Source of the DNA: Veleropilina oligotropha
Lineage: Eukaryota
Direction: 5' to 3'
NCBI GenBank assembly: GCA_048128005.1
Contig: JBEUKZ010000067.1
Location: forward strand, 124,001 to 188,000
Length of the DNA: 64,000 nucleotides
The notes under the pieces are model-generated. The model was not told the origin of the DNA. It saw only the letters and a program-made list of their open reading frames with translations, and made no database searches. The translations under genes and the position numbers were made by a program. Of the stretch, positions 48,225 to 62,415 are shown piece after piece (position 1 is the stretch's first letter; each line of letters opens with the position of its first letter).

Positions 48225-49409
48225 TATTATCCCACGTGTTTCGCCTGCTCGATTTGTGCGTCTGTAACTCAGTCAAATTATTTTATGCACGCACTATTTT
48301 GGAAAATAAATGAAAGCGAAAGGCGCGTACAGAGGTTTTAAATTGTGTTCTATATTTTATTTATATATGGCAATGTTTATTGACTAAAGTTTTGATTTAT
48401 ACAAAGGTTAATATGTAGTATCGGTCAATCGAGCAGACGCGCACGTGTCTTAATTTGTTTTGATGTCATTAGATTATGCCGGGTTTGCTATGTTTTATTT
48501 TACGATTTATTGCTTTACATTGACAGGTAAAATATGACAGAATTATTTAAAGTCATCTAAATGCGAAATATTTAGCGACTTTTAGATGGACATTAAATTG
48601 TGAAAGTTCATGAACGGACAATAGTTCACTTTCAAGTTACGCCCACAAATTCACTGCATGTGACATTTTGGCAGTTAGCCAAATTAAAAAGTTTCGCAGT
48701 ATTTGAAATTATGTGTAGATAATATTAACATTTCCAATGATATTTTGGCAGTTAGCAAACTTAAAGAGCTTAAATTTTGAATTGTATATATGAAAAATGT
48801 ATTAATTTACATCGATATAGTTGTATCCTTAAAGACCCTATGACATCTGCTTTAATACACGTAATGGTATATATGGCACGAAAGATGGAACCATGTAGTA
48901 TTTATTTGCGTAGTTTCATAACATTTGGTTACTTAGTTATTTTTTTAAACTGAAATGAAATTACAAATTGGAACTCTTCAATGAACACGCCCATTTTACT
49001 TCGTCCGCCATCTTGAAACGTCACTACGGGAGGGAATTTCCAATCGACTTGTAAACAATGGCGTCGAACAGCGCGACTGTCGTTATCGAGGAGTGTGAAA
49101 TATTTAATTCTTACTTCGACACGAACCTTTTAATGGAAATTTTACTTTGCGAATCCGAGACGGGACTATATAATTATATGGCTTACATAAGCGGTTAGGT
49201 GTTGAACATTAAATATTTTGAAAAAGACTAAAGACTAAAAAGACATTTCCGGTTTCTAGTCGTATGTTTTACCAGAATCGTCAACGAGTTATGGGAACCG
49301 CAAATATGAATTTGTGAAATCACTCTAATGTGATTTTCCTCGGTATATAGCTCACCTGTCTTTGTGATCGTGCGTACTTCCGGTTGGACGAGAAACGTAA
49401 ACAAACATT

Positions 49410-52400
49410 ATGAACTCTCTGTCTTCGCTGACGTACTATGCATTTCTACAAATCATCATCCTTAGCTTTATCCATCATCAGGAGCATATACTACATGAAC
49501 CCCAACCGAAATGCAATTCCACAGTTTCCCCCAATCGTCCACATAATTTGGACTCCCTGATCACTTGTGGAATTGGAATGACGTCACGTTGTCGTAAACA
49601 TTCTACATACCCATGCATACGAAGATCAAAGAACCATGCTCTACTGTATCTTAGTCTGATATTAATAGCCAACTCATCTGATATCGAGGCAAATCCCGGT
49701 CCACGCACACCTAAATATCCATGCCAAGTCTGTCACAAGGCAGTGACGTGGAAACAGCGCGGGGTGGCGTGCGACGAACTGAATGCTGGTACCATGCAGA
49801 CTGTATGAGCATGTCCACCCCAGTATACCAAGCACTCCGCAACATATCATGGCACTGTGACAATTGCGGCATGCCCAAGTTTTCGACCAGTTTATTCGAC
49901 ACCTTCACTGTAGAATCGGAAAACTCATTTTCCTCTTTGGACTCCAGTGCATGTTCAAACAATAGCCCAGGGTTACCTACACATTGTTCATCTCCCAACA
50001 ATAAAAACAACAACAAACAACGTACATCATCTGCCACCAAACTGAAAATAATAAACATCAATTTTCAGAGTATCAAGAACGAGAGAGGACCTGTGTAACC
50101 TCATAGAGTCAACAAGTCCGAGTATGATCATGGGAACAGAAACTTGGCTAAATAGGGATGTCCATAGTGCAGAACTATTTCCTTCCAACTATGATGTTAT
50201 ACGTAAAGATCGCAGTGATGGATATGGCGGTGTACTACTTGCCATCAGAAAAGACTTGATCTTCGATAGGATTGATCCCGAACCAGTAAACGACACAGAG
50301 GCAGTCTTTGCTAAACTCACAATGGACAGAGACAAAACCATAATCGTCGGAGTACTGTACAGACCTCCAAGCGCAGATCTTCAGTATATGGACACATTGT
50401 GCACAACCATAGAAACCATCCAGAAAAAGAACAAAAATGCTGTCCTGTGGATAGGCGGTCATCTAAACTTACCTGACATTAACTGGGACAGTCAAACCGT
50501 TGCTACCAGTCATAATCCGAGGCCAGTGAATGTCCGATTCATCGACATGCTACACCATACTGGCTCGGAACAGATGGTTACCTTCCCTACAAGGAAAGAG
50601 AACACACTTGACCTCTTCATTACCAACTGACCATCACTTGTTAATAGGTGCACCGCGTTGCCAGGTCTAGGAGACCATGATGTAGTTTAGGTTGAAACCA
50701 GCGCCAGTCCAAAACGCAACAAACCAACCAGCAGGAAAATCTACTTGTGGAAGCAGGCAGACTTGGAGAATATGAGGAAGGATTGTGACGAGTTCCAAAC
50801 GTTGTTTACTAATACGTATAACACTGGAACCACAGTTAAACTTCTCTGGGATACCATCAAATCCAAGTTGTCAGCCCTACTCGAAGCCCATGTACCATCG
50901 AAGATGTCTACGACAAGATTCAACCAACCATGGATAACGAGAAGAGTTAAGAGATTAACAAGGCGGAAGAAAAGAAGCTTTCATCAGGCGAGATCTTCAA
51001 AAACTGACAGTGACCAACGGAGATACAAGCGACTGAAGAAGTCAGCTAAAGATGCATGCAGGGAAGCGTATCAGGACTACATTACGAACATGATAAGTCC
51101 AGAAAGCACAACCAACCCTAAAAGATTCTGGAGCTTTATCAACAGCAGGAAATGTGACTCAACAGGGGTATCCCCTCTCAAGGCACACGATGCAGTGACA
51201 TACTCAGATAGCACAGCGAAAGCCAACATCTTGAACGATCAATTTGCATGTGTTCAACAAGGATGAAGATACCAGCAACATTCCGGACAAAGGACCAAGC
51301 CCGTACCCTGACGTGGAACCCATCACTATAACATCGAATGGAGTGAGGAAACTGTTGGCAGGCCTCCAAATACACAAGGAAACGGGACCGGACGAAATAT
51401 CCGCTAGACTGCTGAAAGAACTTGCTACAGAGCTAACTCCAGTCTTAACCATGCTCTTCCAGGCTTCAGTGTCTCAAGGTGCCATCCCTATGGAATGGAA
51501 GAGTGCCAATGTTGTGCTTATCTTCAAGAAAGGTGAGAAGAACAACGCTGAGAACTACCGCCCAGTGTCACTGACCTCCATCACTTGTAAAATACTGGAG
51601 CATGTAGTGTGCAGCAGTATATCTCGTCATCTGGATCAACATCACATACTCACTGATGCACAGCATGGGTTTCGGAAAAGGCGTTCCTGTGAGACACAGC
51701 TGATCGTCACTATCCATGATCTTGCCAGCAGTATGGATGCAAGAGGCCAAACCGACGTAATACTGTTGGACTTCTCAAAGGCCTTTGATAAGGGTGCCCC
51801 ATGAAAGGTTGTTGAGCAAGATGGATCATTATGGGATAAGGGGGAACACGAAAAAATGGATCCGCGACTTCCTACAGGAGCGTCGACAACAAGTAATCCT
51901 GGACGGCAAGCTGTCCCGAACAGTACCTGTACAATCGGGGGTGCCTCAGGGGAGCGTCGTGGGACCGTTATTGTTTCTCCTATTCATAAATGACTTGCCG
52001 GAACAAATATCTCCAGGATCATCTGTGCGCCTATTCGCTGACGACTGTATCCTATATATGAGGATTGTGGCCGACGAGGATGCGACTAAACTCCAAGAAG
52101 ATCTTGATTGCCTACAACGGTGGGAACAGGACTGGCTTATGGAATTTCACCCCCAAAAGTGTCTGGTCCTACACATAACGAACAAGAAAAAACCACTGAA
52201 AAGACAATATTACATCCACGGCCATCTACTGGAGGAAAAAGAAACAGCAAAGTACCTCGGAGTCAACATCCACAGGAAACTAAATTGGAACCACCACATC
52301 GACCAAGTGACGAAGACGTCTAATTCCACCAGAGCCTTTTTCAGCGTAACGTCAGGCAGTGTCCACCAAAGACCAAGGAGATGTGTTACAAGACACTGCT

Positions 52401-52984
52401 CCGACCGATTATGGAGTATGCTGGTGTAATTTGGGATCCTCATACCATCGATAACATCCGGAAGCTGGAAATGGTACAACGTCGTGCTGCACGTTTCGTT
52501 TTTGGTGACTATCGAACAACCAGTAGCGTTACAGCGATGATGAAGGAACTCCCCTGGCAAAGCCTACAAGAACGAAGAGCACAGGCAAAACTCACAATGA
52601 TGTACCGCATAGTGAACCACCAGGTTGATGTACCCATGACGTACCTTATCCCGTCAGCGGCTAACGTGCGAGGACACAACCAACGTTTCCTGATACCATA
52701 CGCAAGAACATCAGTCCTCCAATCCAGCTTCTTCCCAGACGGAATCAGACTCTGGAATGCCCAATCTCAACAACTGGTTGCGAGCCCTTCCCTGGAAGGC
52801 TTCAAACAGGGAGTGCTGCAAGTTCCCCTGAGATAGGCCCAGAATAAATCTTTTTAATTTTTTAAATTTTAACCGCACTTGTGTATAGAGACGTCATTCT
52901 CATACACAACACCTTCCTGCACCATGCACCAGTGCGAAAATATACCAGAGGTATAAAGCACTTATCCGGAAGAAGAAGAAGAAG
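49410..52984 (+). mobile_element. CR1-group LINE, near full length, disrupted (2A-like, PHD, AP endonuclease, RT)
   Basis: DIEANPGP; CQVC..CDE..WYHADC..WHCDNC; GTETWL, YRPP, LDL, GDHD; NYRPVSLTS, QHGFRK, LDFSKAFD, GVPQGS, FADD; (GAA)n tail at 52969-52984. Several frameshifts and stops. Confidence 0.93.
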
Positions 52985-54932
52985 CCACCGTATCAGACTC
53001 AAGAAGAAAATTGTTTATGGGGCAAGTGTGGCAGGTACAACCTAGCAGACGCTTACAAAACAACGAATGGCACGTGAGTAAATAGTGTATGCTAATTCGA
53101 AAATATGTACCGATTATCGATTAAATATATTTTACTTTAGCGTAAATTCCAACATTTTCCTTATTTTACACGTAAACATTTCAAACATAGCTAGGGCCCC
53201 CCGACTAAACTTCCACATTCGCGCAGGGAGTCACGGAGCTCGCAGCGATGTTAGTAATTATTATTTTTTTAAATCTTTAAGTAATAATGGGCCGCACGAT
53301 TTACCCAAATCTACCCAAATCCAGTTTTGAATTGGGCAAATCTATATTTAATATGATGAAATAAGTATTTATTTGTGCATATTTAGGTATATGTATCCTA
53401 TTTGCAATGCTTTGGTGGTGTTTAGTGGTGATTTTATGTGAAATGCGCAAAATATCGTACAAGACGCAAATTCAAGGAAATCTGATGTCAGTGTGTATGA
53501 TTTGAATGGGCCAAATCTATCTTTAATACATCCAAATAAATAGTTATTTGCGTATCTATATTTAGTTAGATGTAATGCATTTGCGTTGTCTTAATCGTGT
53601 TTCGTAGTGATTTTATGGGAATTGTCCAAATTATCGTACAATACGCGCAAGTCGCAAGTTTGTGAAAACTGATGTCACTCGTGTATGAGTTCAATGGGCC
53701 AAATCTATCTTTAATATGTCCAAATAAGTAGTTATTTGCGTATATTTAGTTATATGTAATGCATTTGCGTTGCTTATTCATGTTTAGTAGTGATTTTATG
53801 ACAAATGCGCAAAATAACGTACAATACCAAGTTAATTTACGGAAATCTGCTGTCTGTCGCGTGCATGGTTGAAATATATTCTACGGATTTACTATTACAT
53901 GTAAAATGGATATCAAGCATTGATTCCTGATGTTTTATGTCGCTGTCATAAAATAGGTTAGTGTTGATACCGCGAATAGTTCAATTTTGAAAACAAGCTG
54001 TTTTTATGAAATCCGTCGTGCTGCGGTGTAGGCCTAGATGGAGACCGTAATTTTAGCTGCGTGGCTAAGTGTAGGAAGTTGCGACTATTTAACCTATAGC
54101 TTCATTCTTAATTATTTTCCGACATTTTAAGAAAATATATATGGAAATATATCTTGAATTTCGTTCTTTGAACAGAACCAGGAAGTCCAATTAAATAATT
54201 ATCGATTATCTCCCTTTGTGATAAGGCCGCGTGAACATTTCGCTATAACAACAAGCACTACGTATTACCCTGAGTATACGCGGTGTTATTGCACTAATTA
54301 TTGCTTTTACTTTCAGGGAGGCCCTGGAACTAGGCTGTCGGACGCGTTGCAAACATTTTAAAATTGAAAGTCTCAAACCATTGTAACTATTTGAAATAAA
54401 CCCCGAAGGATCTATGTTGTTATTATTTTGTGAAATAATAAAAATCACAGGATGTACTTGCATGTCGACCTAGTATTTTATAGTTAAACCTTGTGTTGTT
54501 TCGGTCGTATTTTGTGTAGATGAAGTGAGTGCGAGTGAATCGGTTTATATTTACGAACACACTTTGACAAAATTTCAGGCTTATCTGTAGTCGGAACCTT
54601 GGTTTAACTATCCCTTTGAAGGACTGTTAAGCGTTTTTACGCCACCCCTTCTATAAGTTTTAAGCGTTAGAATAAGCCACGCCGGGGCGGTTTTTTTAAG
54701 CCACCCCTTCTATAAGTTTTAAGCGTTAGGACTCACTTAACGTTTTTCCAACGCTCTAACCAGTTGAGCTATCGAGGACGACCTTTTCGGCATGTAATTG
54801 CTAGCTATCTAAAGGAATATAAAGAAAATATCAATATTCAAATATAATATATTTATTACGACGTAAAATCAAAATTCAAATAGGTCTAACAACATAAACT
54901 GATGGGGCTTACAAGAAGTGTTGTCGTACAAA

Positions 54933-57648
54933 TTATCTATATGATTCTGATGTTCTCTCTGCTCTGGGTTGTCGTCTTTGTCCAGGTTTTTTGCCAGCTG
55001 AAGCTTTCGGTTTTACACATTTGAAATTCCCTGCTTTTGATGTTACATATTTTGATTCAGATAGGATTTCTTGATCCAGGTATTTCGAGTCATTTAACAA
55101 TTTCGTTAAAATGATGTCTTTATCAGCTCCGGATTTCTTCATCCATTCGCCTTTATGAATCGAGAAATGTTTCGAACCACCATGCAATTTAAAATCCCCA
55201 TGTCCGTATAACGCACGACGTAAATTCATAATCTGGATTCTTGACACCATAGCTAAACGTTCTACAAGCTCTGGCAGTCTATGCTGTTTCCATTCAGCAG
55301 CTTGTTTTAGTCTGTTGTTTATGGACTCCGAGTTATTATTTGTCCATAATTGGGATATTTCACCATGTCTTATAGGTTCGTACACATATTTCTTAAGTTT
55401 ATGTTCCATTCGTCGTTCCCAGTAATTCTGAAATCTGGGATATTTCCGAAAATAAAAGTCTAAATCATCCCTTCGACTACAGTACATATTTTCGTCCTCA
55501 CTGAACACAAGACCGTCTATTTCATTGAAAATAATTTTAATGATTCGTTCTCTGTCTTTTTCTTCGCTGCCCGTCTTTTCGAGATTTCTTCTGATATTGT
55601 CCTTCAAATGTTTCGTACACAACAGTAACAAACTGTTCGGGAAATTGGCCTTAATTGCATTTGTCATTGCCACTTCTTCGTCGCTTCCTATCGTTACTTT
55701 TCCTCCTCCTAGTTCGAACTTTATATGCGAAAAGAATTTATTGTAGGTAGTTTCATCTCCATCCCAATGCAAGAACATCTGTCCTAACATTATGGGAAAT
55801 TGGGTTGTTTTCCTGTTAATCACCGATCTGTTTTTATAGGCAAATGATGTGACAAAGCATTTACCAAGATTAAATGTTCTGTCCACTCCTAAGACCCTGC
55901 CGTTACTTCCTATGCAATGTTTCTTTAAATCGTCCATTTGTTCTTTTGTATACAAAATCACGACTGGTTGTTTGCCTTTCGTTAATATTATTTCCTGTAC
56001 GAATGGGTTGTCGTGGAGTTGAGATGCGATTTCCAATATTTCATCAGCAACGTGTTTGGGAGTAGCACGTTCCTGTTTCTGTTTCTTCTTCTCTCTATAA
56101 ATTTTGTCTTGGATTTGACGACTCGATTTTGGTGCAGAGAAACTGTCATCTTCGCACATATCGTGGCATGTTTGCTTTGCCGATTTTGTCGTTGCCAAAT
56201 ATGCTTTGTGTATAATCGCCGGATCTGTTCGTTCGTACTCTTCGCCCGTCTTCGAATTTCCATGAGCGCGTTTCTTCCCCGAATTGACGCCCGAATACTC
56301 GACGACGGCGACGTGAGCCAATTTTTCGCATAGTCTGTCAGGCATTTCCAGTATCGTAGTGACTCGCCTCTTGAAGTCATCATTTCCTTTTAGCTTCGCA
56401 TAATACCTATGCATAATAATGATGTCTGTCGGCGGGGGGACTATGGGGGCGTAATTCACTTTCTTGTTTATGACTTTCTTCGCGCAGTATTCCCCATTTT
56501 TACGATACACGCATTTCATAGAATTATCATCAGATATCACGAACATCTGATTCACTGTGGTGCTGCTGCCCGAATCCCACACTCCGCAATCATCAGGAAA
56601 ATCCGATCTCGGTTTACTATTATCGCTGTTCCTTTCGCTATTTAGTAAGACGTAGACATCACTTTTTGGGCCCGGTGGTATTTTGTCTGTCAGTCCATCT
56701 GCGTTTATAAGTACACTAATCAGTTCGTCGTTTGACATAAATTGTCCAGGGTGTTTCCCTTTCTTCAATTTCTCTTCAGTACTTTGGATTTCTGGCTCGA
56801 TATCGTTGACAGCATCGGTTTCGTGGGAATCATCGGAGAGAACTTCGAAACTGTTGTGACGCGAACATTCTTGTTGTTCCTCCATGCAAGTTGTCGCAAA
56901 ATCTCGGGAGCGCCTTGGTTTCTTTGTTGTTTGCCAGTCGCTAAGCAATTCTTGTTCATGAGAAGAGTGTTGTCGTTTGTTGCCAGTCTGGGAGTTTCGT
57001 TGTTTTTCAGTGCCTACTTCTTTGTTACTCACATCTACCACAGCAGCAAAGTGATTCACGCTATACCACGATCCGTTAACGGGAAATGCACCCAGGCGAT
57101 ACCAAAGAACGTGAACTGTCGCTTTCGAAGAATTCGTGATCTGGATAAAACGTCGTGTTTAGCGTAAGATGAACAAGATCTTGTTTTCCGTTGAAGTGTG
57201 GGTATATGATCCGTATAGGTCGTCCTATGACATCTGATAAAGCCATTTTCGTCCAAGCGGAGGAATAACCACCAATTGTAGCGCAATCGACCAATGCCGC
57301 ATTGAAGTTGGGGGACAGATTCTTAATTCGACGGTGTTGCGGGTGCGCCTTGTATCTTTCCCTGTTGTTCATCAAACAGATACACGTCTGATACCGTAAT
57401 TCTTGGGATATGTGTTCGTTTCCCAGAAGCGCGATAGACACGGCATTAAATAGGCAATCGCCATCCCCGGTCGTCACTATGGCATGTCCGGATATGTCGT
57501 CAACGAATGAATCGATGATAGAGGTTGCGACAGCGTAGATATTTCGGGTATTCGCAAACAAATTGCTGTCCAGCGATAACTCGACGTTAAAGAGTTCCTC
57601 GCGTCTGACGGCCGATTCAAGAGTCTTCATGTCATTAGTAATTGCAGC
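54933..57648 (-). pseudogene. MULE transposase exon 2: OTU-like (vertnin-type) protease domain plus DDE domain, one frameshift at ~57130-57145
   Basis: OTU: TGDGDCLFNAVS..ELR..RPIRIIYP / TVHVLW..VNHFAAV. MULE: GVDRTFNLG, IGSDEE, LCTKH (CxxH), WTNNNSESIN. Acceptor TTTTTTTCAG at 57650-57649. Confidence 0.88.
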
Positions 57649-58347
57649 CTGAAAAAAAAATCACTGCTTAGAAAAAATATTCGCAGACGGCAGGCGGAGC
57701 GCAGAAGGACTCCCTAGATATGACGTCATTACAGGGTTTTCCAATCTTATTTGTCAACTATAACCATGCATATGAATACAGCAGTAACGAAATCTGCATT
57801 GCAACATGGGGGTTAATCTAATGGGATTATTAGAAAAGTTGTGGAATAGTTTGATGATATACATATGCATTATTGCATGTGTATGACCTGTATATCAATG
57901 AAATATGTTAAAACAATTGATTTTATTTCGCGTTAATGAAGAAAAACATCCAGACGTCTAATATCAGACGAACTTAGTTTAATAAGTCAACGATGGGTGT
58001 AATAATAAGTAGATCATTGTGATTAATAAGAAATTTCGTCATACTTTCCTCTAAATCGCATGCGATTCTTAAGCAAAATCGCACTAATGGAATTGCACAA
58101 AACGCATCCGAAAACGCAGACGTACTAATGGACGGCCACCTTAAGTTTAAAGTAAGTAACAATAAAGTAATGTGATAAAGACGATCTTAAACTTGTTCCC
58201 ATTTCATATGAGAATTATGAAACTCGTCTGGCACAATTTATGTACCTCGCCAAGGCTCGGTGCATAAATTGTGCCCGACTCGTTTCATAATTCTCATATG
58301 AAATGGGAACTCGTTTGAGATCATCTATAAATATATATATATTTATA

Positions 58348-58391
<44 letters not shown>

Positions 58392-58445
58392 GTATTTAAA
58401 TTAAGATGAATTCCGATTCCATTTCCCATAATTTTCTAATGGTGT

Positions 58446-58479
<34 letters not shown>

Positions 58480-58680
58480 TATATATATCTTATTGCTCAT
58501 TGTAGACTCCAAAACAATTGCAGTTGCCTAAATTATGATTTATACAGGATCAACATCAACAATAGCCATGTGTGTCAATGTGGTTACCCCATCGAAATGA
58601 AAACCATTAAGCCAATTAATCTAAACAATCTGATACATGTTATTTTATTTGGGGACTGTAACAAAATATTGTGAACTTAC

Positions 58681-58907
58681 TTGTTGAAGTCTGTTCAAGG
58701 CAATCAAGTGGTCAAACTCTTCTCCGTCTATAGTGCGGCAGGAAGAACAAACATACGGACTGATTTGGACAATACCACGCCAACGGATTACTTCATCAGG
58801 GGAAATATTTTGAAACCAAATGTTGCACACAGAACAGTATATCGCATTTAAAGTGCAGTTCAATCTGCAGCGCCACATGGAAATTTCGCGTTCCTTTTCT
58901 TAACCAT
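58681..58907 (-). pseudogene. MULE transposase exon 1: degenerate PHD finger
   Basis: MVKKRNAKFPCG / CRLNC..IYCSVCNIWF..YVCSSC..LNRLQQ followed by a GTAAGT donor, phase 0, in frame with exon 2. Confidence 0.7.
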
Positions 58908-59944
58908 GGTTGAAGATTGGATGTTGAAGCAGGCTTGTGAATGATCGATGTTGTTCAGAGAACTTTGTCACTAAAAGTGTGATGACTGTTACCAGTGTCG
59001 GGCTTTATATACATTTGGTGATTAATTGGAGTAGTACTGTCGGTAATACTTAGTACAAACAAACAATATTGAATTCATACTCAAAGACAATCCAAAACAA
59101 TAGCATTAAGAAAGCGAAATGAAACGCAACATGCAGGCTTAAAATATTGTCATAATCCGTATTAATCTCCAAGCGTGAACAACAATATCGTGCACATGAC
59201 AAGTGGTCACCACCCTTTGACAATTAATTGGCGCGACAGATTATCGATACCTATAAAAACAATTGCAGTTTTCACTTTGTCGGCATGCAATTGATGTTGA
59301 TCAGACTCGCACATATTTACATGTCTTTTGAACATCACCACTGAAAAGATGCGCGATTTACATCTAAACAACACAACTTGACAAGGCTTAACTAAAATAC
59401 CAGGTCGACATGAAAGTAAAAACCGTGATGTTTTTTTATTATTTCATATAATAATAATTACTATTTACAATGGTTTGAGACTTTCAATTTTAAAATGTTT
59501 GCAACGCGTCCGACAGCCTAGTTCCAGGGCCTCCCTGAAAGTAAAAGCATTAATTAGTGCATTAACACCATATATTTCCATATATATTTTCTTAAAATGT
59601 CGGAAAATAATTAAGAATGAAGCTGTAGGTTAAATAGTCGCAATTTCCTACACTTAGCCAGCAGCTAAAATTACCGTCTCCATCTAGGCCGACACGCAGC
59701 ACGACGGATTTCCTAAAAGCAGTCTGTTTTCAAAAATGAACTATTCGCGGTATCAACATACGTAAAACACTGGCCTATTTTATGAAAGCGACATAAAACA
59801 CCAGGAATGAATGCTTGATATCCATTTTACATGTAATAGTAAATCCGTAGACGATAATTCAACCATACACGCGACCGACAGCAGATTTCCGTAAATTAAC
59901 TTGCGTATTGTACGTTATTTTGCGCATTTTGTCATAAAATTACT

Positions 59945-60600
59945 ACTAAACATGATTAAAGCAACGCAAATGCATTACATATAACTAAATATACACACAT
60001 AATTACTTATTTGGACATATTAAAGATAGATTTGGCCCATTAAAATCATTCACGAGTGACATCAGTTTTCACAAACTTGCGACTTGCGCGTATTGTACAT
60101 AATTTGGACAATTCCCATAAAATCACTACAAACACGATTAAGACAACGCAAATGCATTACATCTAACTAAATATACGCAAATAACTACTTATTTGGACAT
60201 ATTAAAGATAGATTTGGCCCATTAAAATCATACACGAGTGACATCAGTTTTCACAAACTTGCGACTTGCGCGTATTGTATGATAATTTGGACAATTCACA
60301 TAAAATCACTACGAAACACGATTAAGACAACGCAAATGCATTACATCTAACTAAATATACGCAAATAACTACTTATTTGGACATATTAAAGATAGATTTG
60401 GCCCATTAAAATCATACACGAGTGACACCAGTTTTCACAAACTTGCGCGTATTGTACGATAATTTGGACCCCATAAAATCACTACGAAACACGATTAAGA
60501 CAACGCAAATGCATTACATCTAACTAAATATTGGCAAATAACTACTTATTTGGACACATTAAAGATAGATTTGGCCCATTAAAATCATACACACCGACAT
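59945..60600. repeat. ~178-bp tandem repeats inside the right MULE TIR (fewer copies in the left TIR, ~53500-53790)
   Basis: Recurring CAACGCAAATGCATTACAT..TTAAAGATAGATTTGGCCCATT unit. Confidence 0.9.
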
Positions 60601-61777
60601 CAGATTTCCGTGAATTTGCGTCTTGTACGATATTTTGCGCATTTCACATAAAATCACCACTAAACACCACCAAAGCATTGCAAATAGGATACATATACCT
60701 AAATATGCACAAATAAATACTTATTTCATCATATTAAATATAGATTTGCCCAATTCAAAACTGGATTTGGGTGGATTTGGGTAGATTTGGGTAAATCGTG
60801 CGGCCATTACATAATATTTTCTTTATTTCTACTAACCCAGATCACTAAAGGTTATATTAATGGATTCATATTATTAATGCAATCTCTCCCTGTATCACGA
60901 ATAGGGAGACAACTCTAGTGACTTGCGTTTGTGTAGGTTTCCTCAAAATATTTTATCATTTGATCAGAATATTTCTCTTCAAGGCAAGGTCAATATGATT
61001 TTCTGTTTCCATAATTATATAGCAAATCTGTAACCTGTTGAAAACAAAATGTGACAAGATGCACTTCACTGTATGAAATGCCGGTTGGAACGCGATATAT
61101 TAGGTCAATATTTGATGTTCATGGATCGACATTTAAAATGTAAACTAATAACATCACTAATATTTGTTACCTAATTTTCTCAACTAAAGTTTTGTTTTGA
61201 TGCAACTGCGTGCTACTATTCAATAATTGTTTTATTATATTTGACAGTAATTAAGAATATTGTGTAAGGTACGGTATCCCGTGTCATGGTTCAATCTACT
61301 TACCTGATGGTGCAGATTTGTCGGTGTGGGTACCCTTCATGGTGACGGACAGACAATTCAGAGTTACATGTATATGCACTTATAATACCGGCATTCCCAA
61401 TTGGCAATATGACAATAGATTCTAAATCAAATCTCATGCTTTCAACGATTCATGTTGTTTTGTAATCTAGTGCACTGTATGCAGGCTAGCCTTATTGCAT
61501 TCTTGGTGTCACTTTTTTTTCTGAATATTTTGGTTAGAAATGATTATATGCAATATAATAATGTCTTAGCTTTGTGAGTATTACAGTTACACTCATATTA
61601 CGATATACATGTAGTACTGTATTGATTGTTCTGGCTCCGCAATTGAATGTTCAAAACCGGTCGATAACATTTTGGAACTAACAGTAACAGTGCTGACATG
61701 GGAGTTTTTACAGGCCATTATTGGATATATCCAGATGACATTACATTGTGCTAAATGAGTTCAAGTTAAGAATCATA

Positions 61778-62269
61778 AGCCCCATTTACACGTCCAAAGT
61801 AAAATCAAAATTAATCCGGATAACAGTTATCCAGATAACAGACAATAAACCACGTAACATTGTACCCGTTTACATGGGCTTACTCTATCCGGATAATTTG
61901 CACACGGCCCGTATATTGCAAGTTATCCGGATAGAGTATAGCGCATGCGTAATTCAATAGCAGCAATTCATAATGGCGGAGGTTATTTTTATTTTATCAA
62001 TTTTTACACCTTCGACCAATCTTCGCTATGGTTATACCCATGCGTGTCCTTAATTAGATACCGGATTGATCGACGAACCGTTCACGCGGGAAAATTCAAT
62101 CCGGATAACGCAAAATACCGGATTCAAATTACCTCGGTAGGTGGATTCAAATCCAAAAAAAATAATCCGGATATTATGTACATGAACCGTTTACACGGCA
62201 AACAGTTATCCGGATGTATCTAGATAAGTAAATATCCGCATTGAAATTGGTGTTTGTGTAAACGGGGCT
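61778..62269. mobile_element. PIF/Harbinger-type MITE inserted into a SINE
   Basis: TIR AGCCCC(A/G)TTTACAC, 3-bp TSD ATA and internal ATCCGGAT palindromes. Removing it restores SINE sequence GTTCAAGTTA.GA.TCATAGTTGTCCGTAACTGG. Confidence 0.8.
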
Positions 62270-62272
62270 ATA

Positions 62273-62415
62273 GTTGTCCGTAACTGGTCGGAGAGGGCGG
62301 GTTTCCCCGGGCGACCAGGCTTTCTTCCCGCGATAATACGGACATGTCCTGCTTTGAACCAAATGATGGTTGGAAATATACAGCCAGGACATTAGGCATC
62401 GATCCTTTCCTTTTT
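62273..62415 (+). mobile_element. SINE 3' part
   Basis: Nearly identical to ~38007-38150. Confidence 0.8.

Larger units (their letters stand above)
53289..60805 (-). mobile_element. Mutator-like (MULE) transposon with very long TIRs
   Basis: Inverted repeats at ~53289-54500 and ~59360-60805 begin GGCCGCACGATTTACCCAAATC and enclose a MULE transposase. Possible degenerate TSD AGTAATAAT/ATTACATAAT. Confidence 0.9.

Noticed and set aside
54750..54780. tRNA-like 5' half on the minus strand (GTCCTCGATAGCTCAACTGGTTAGAGCGT)
   Set aside because: No anticodon arm or T arm follows; it is a SINE or tRNA fragment, not a tRNA gene.
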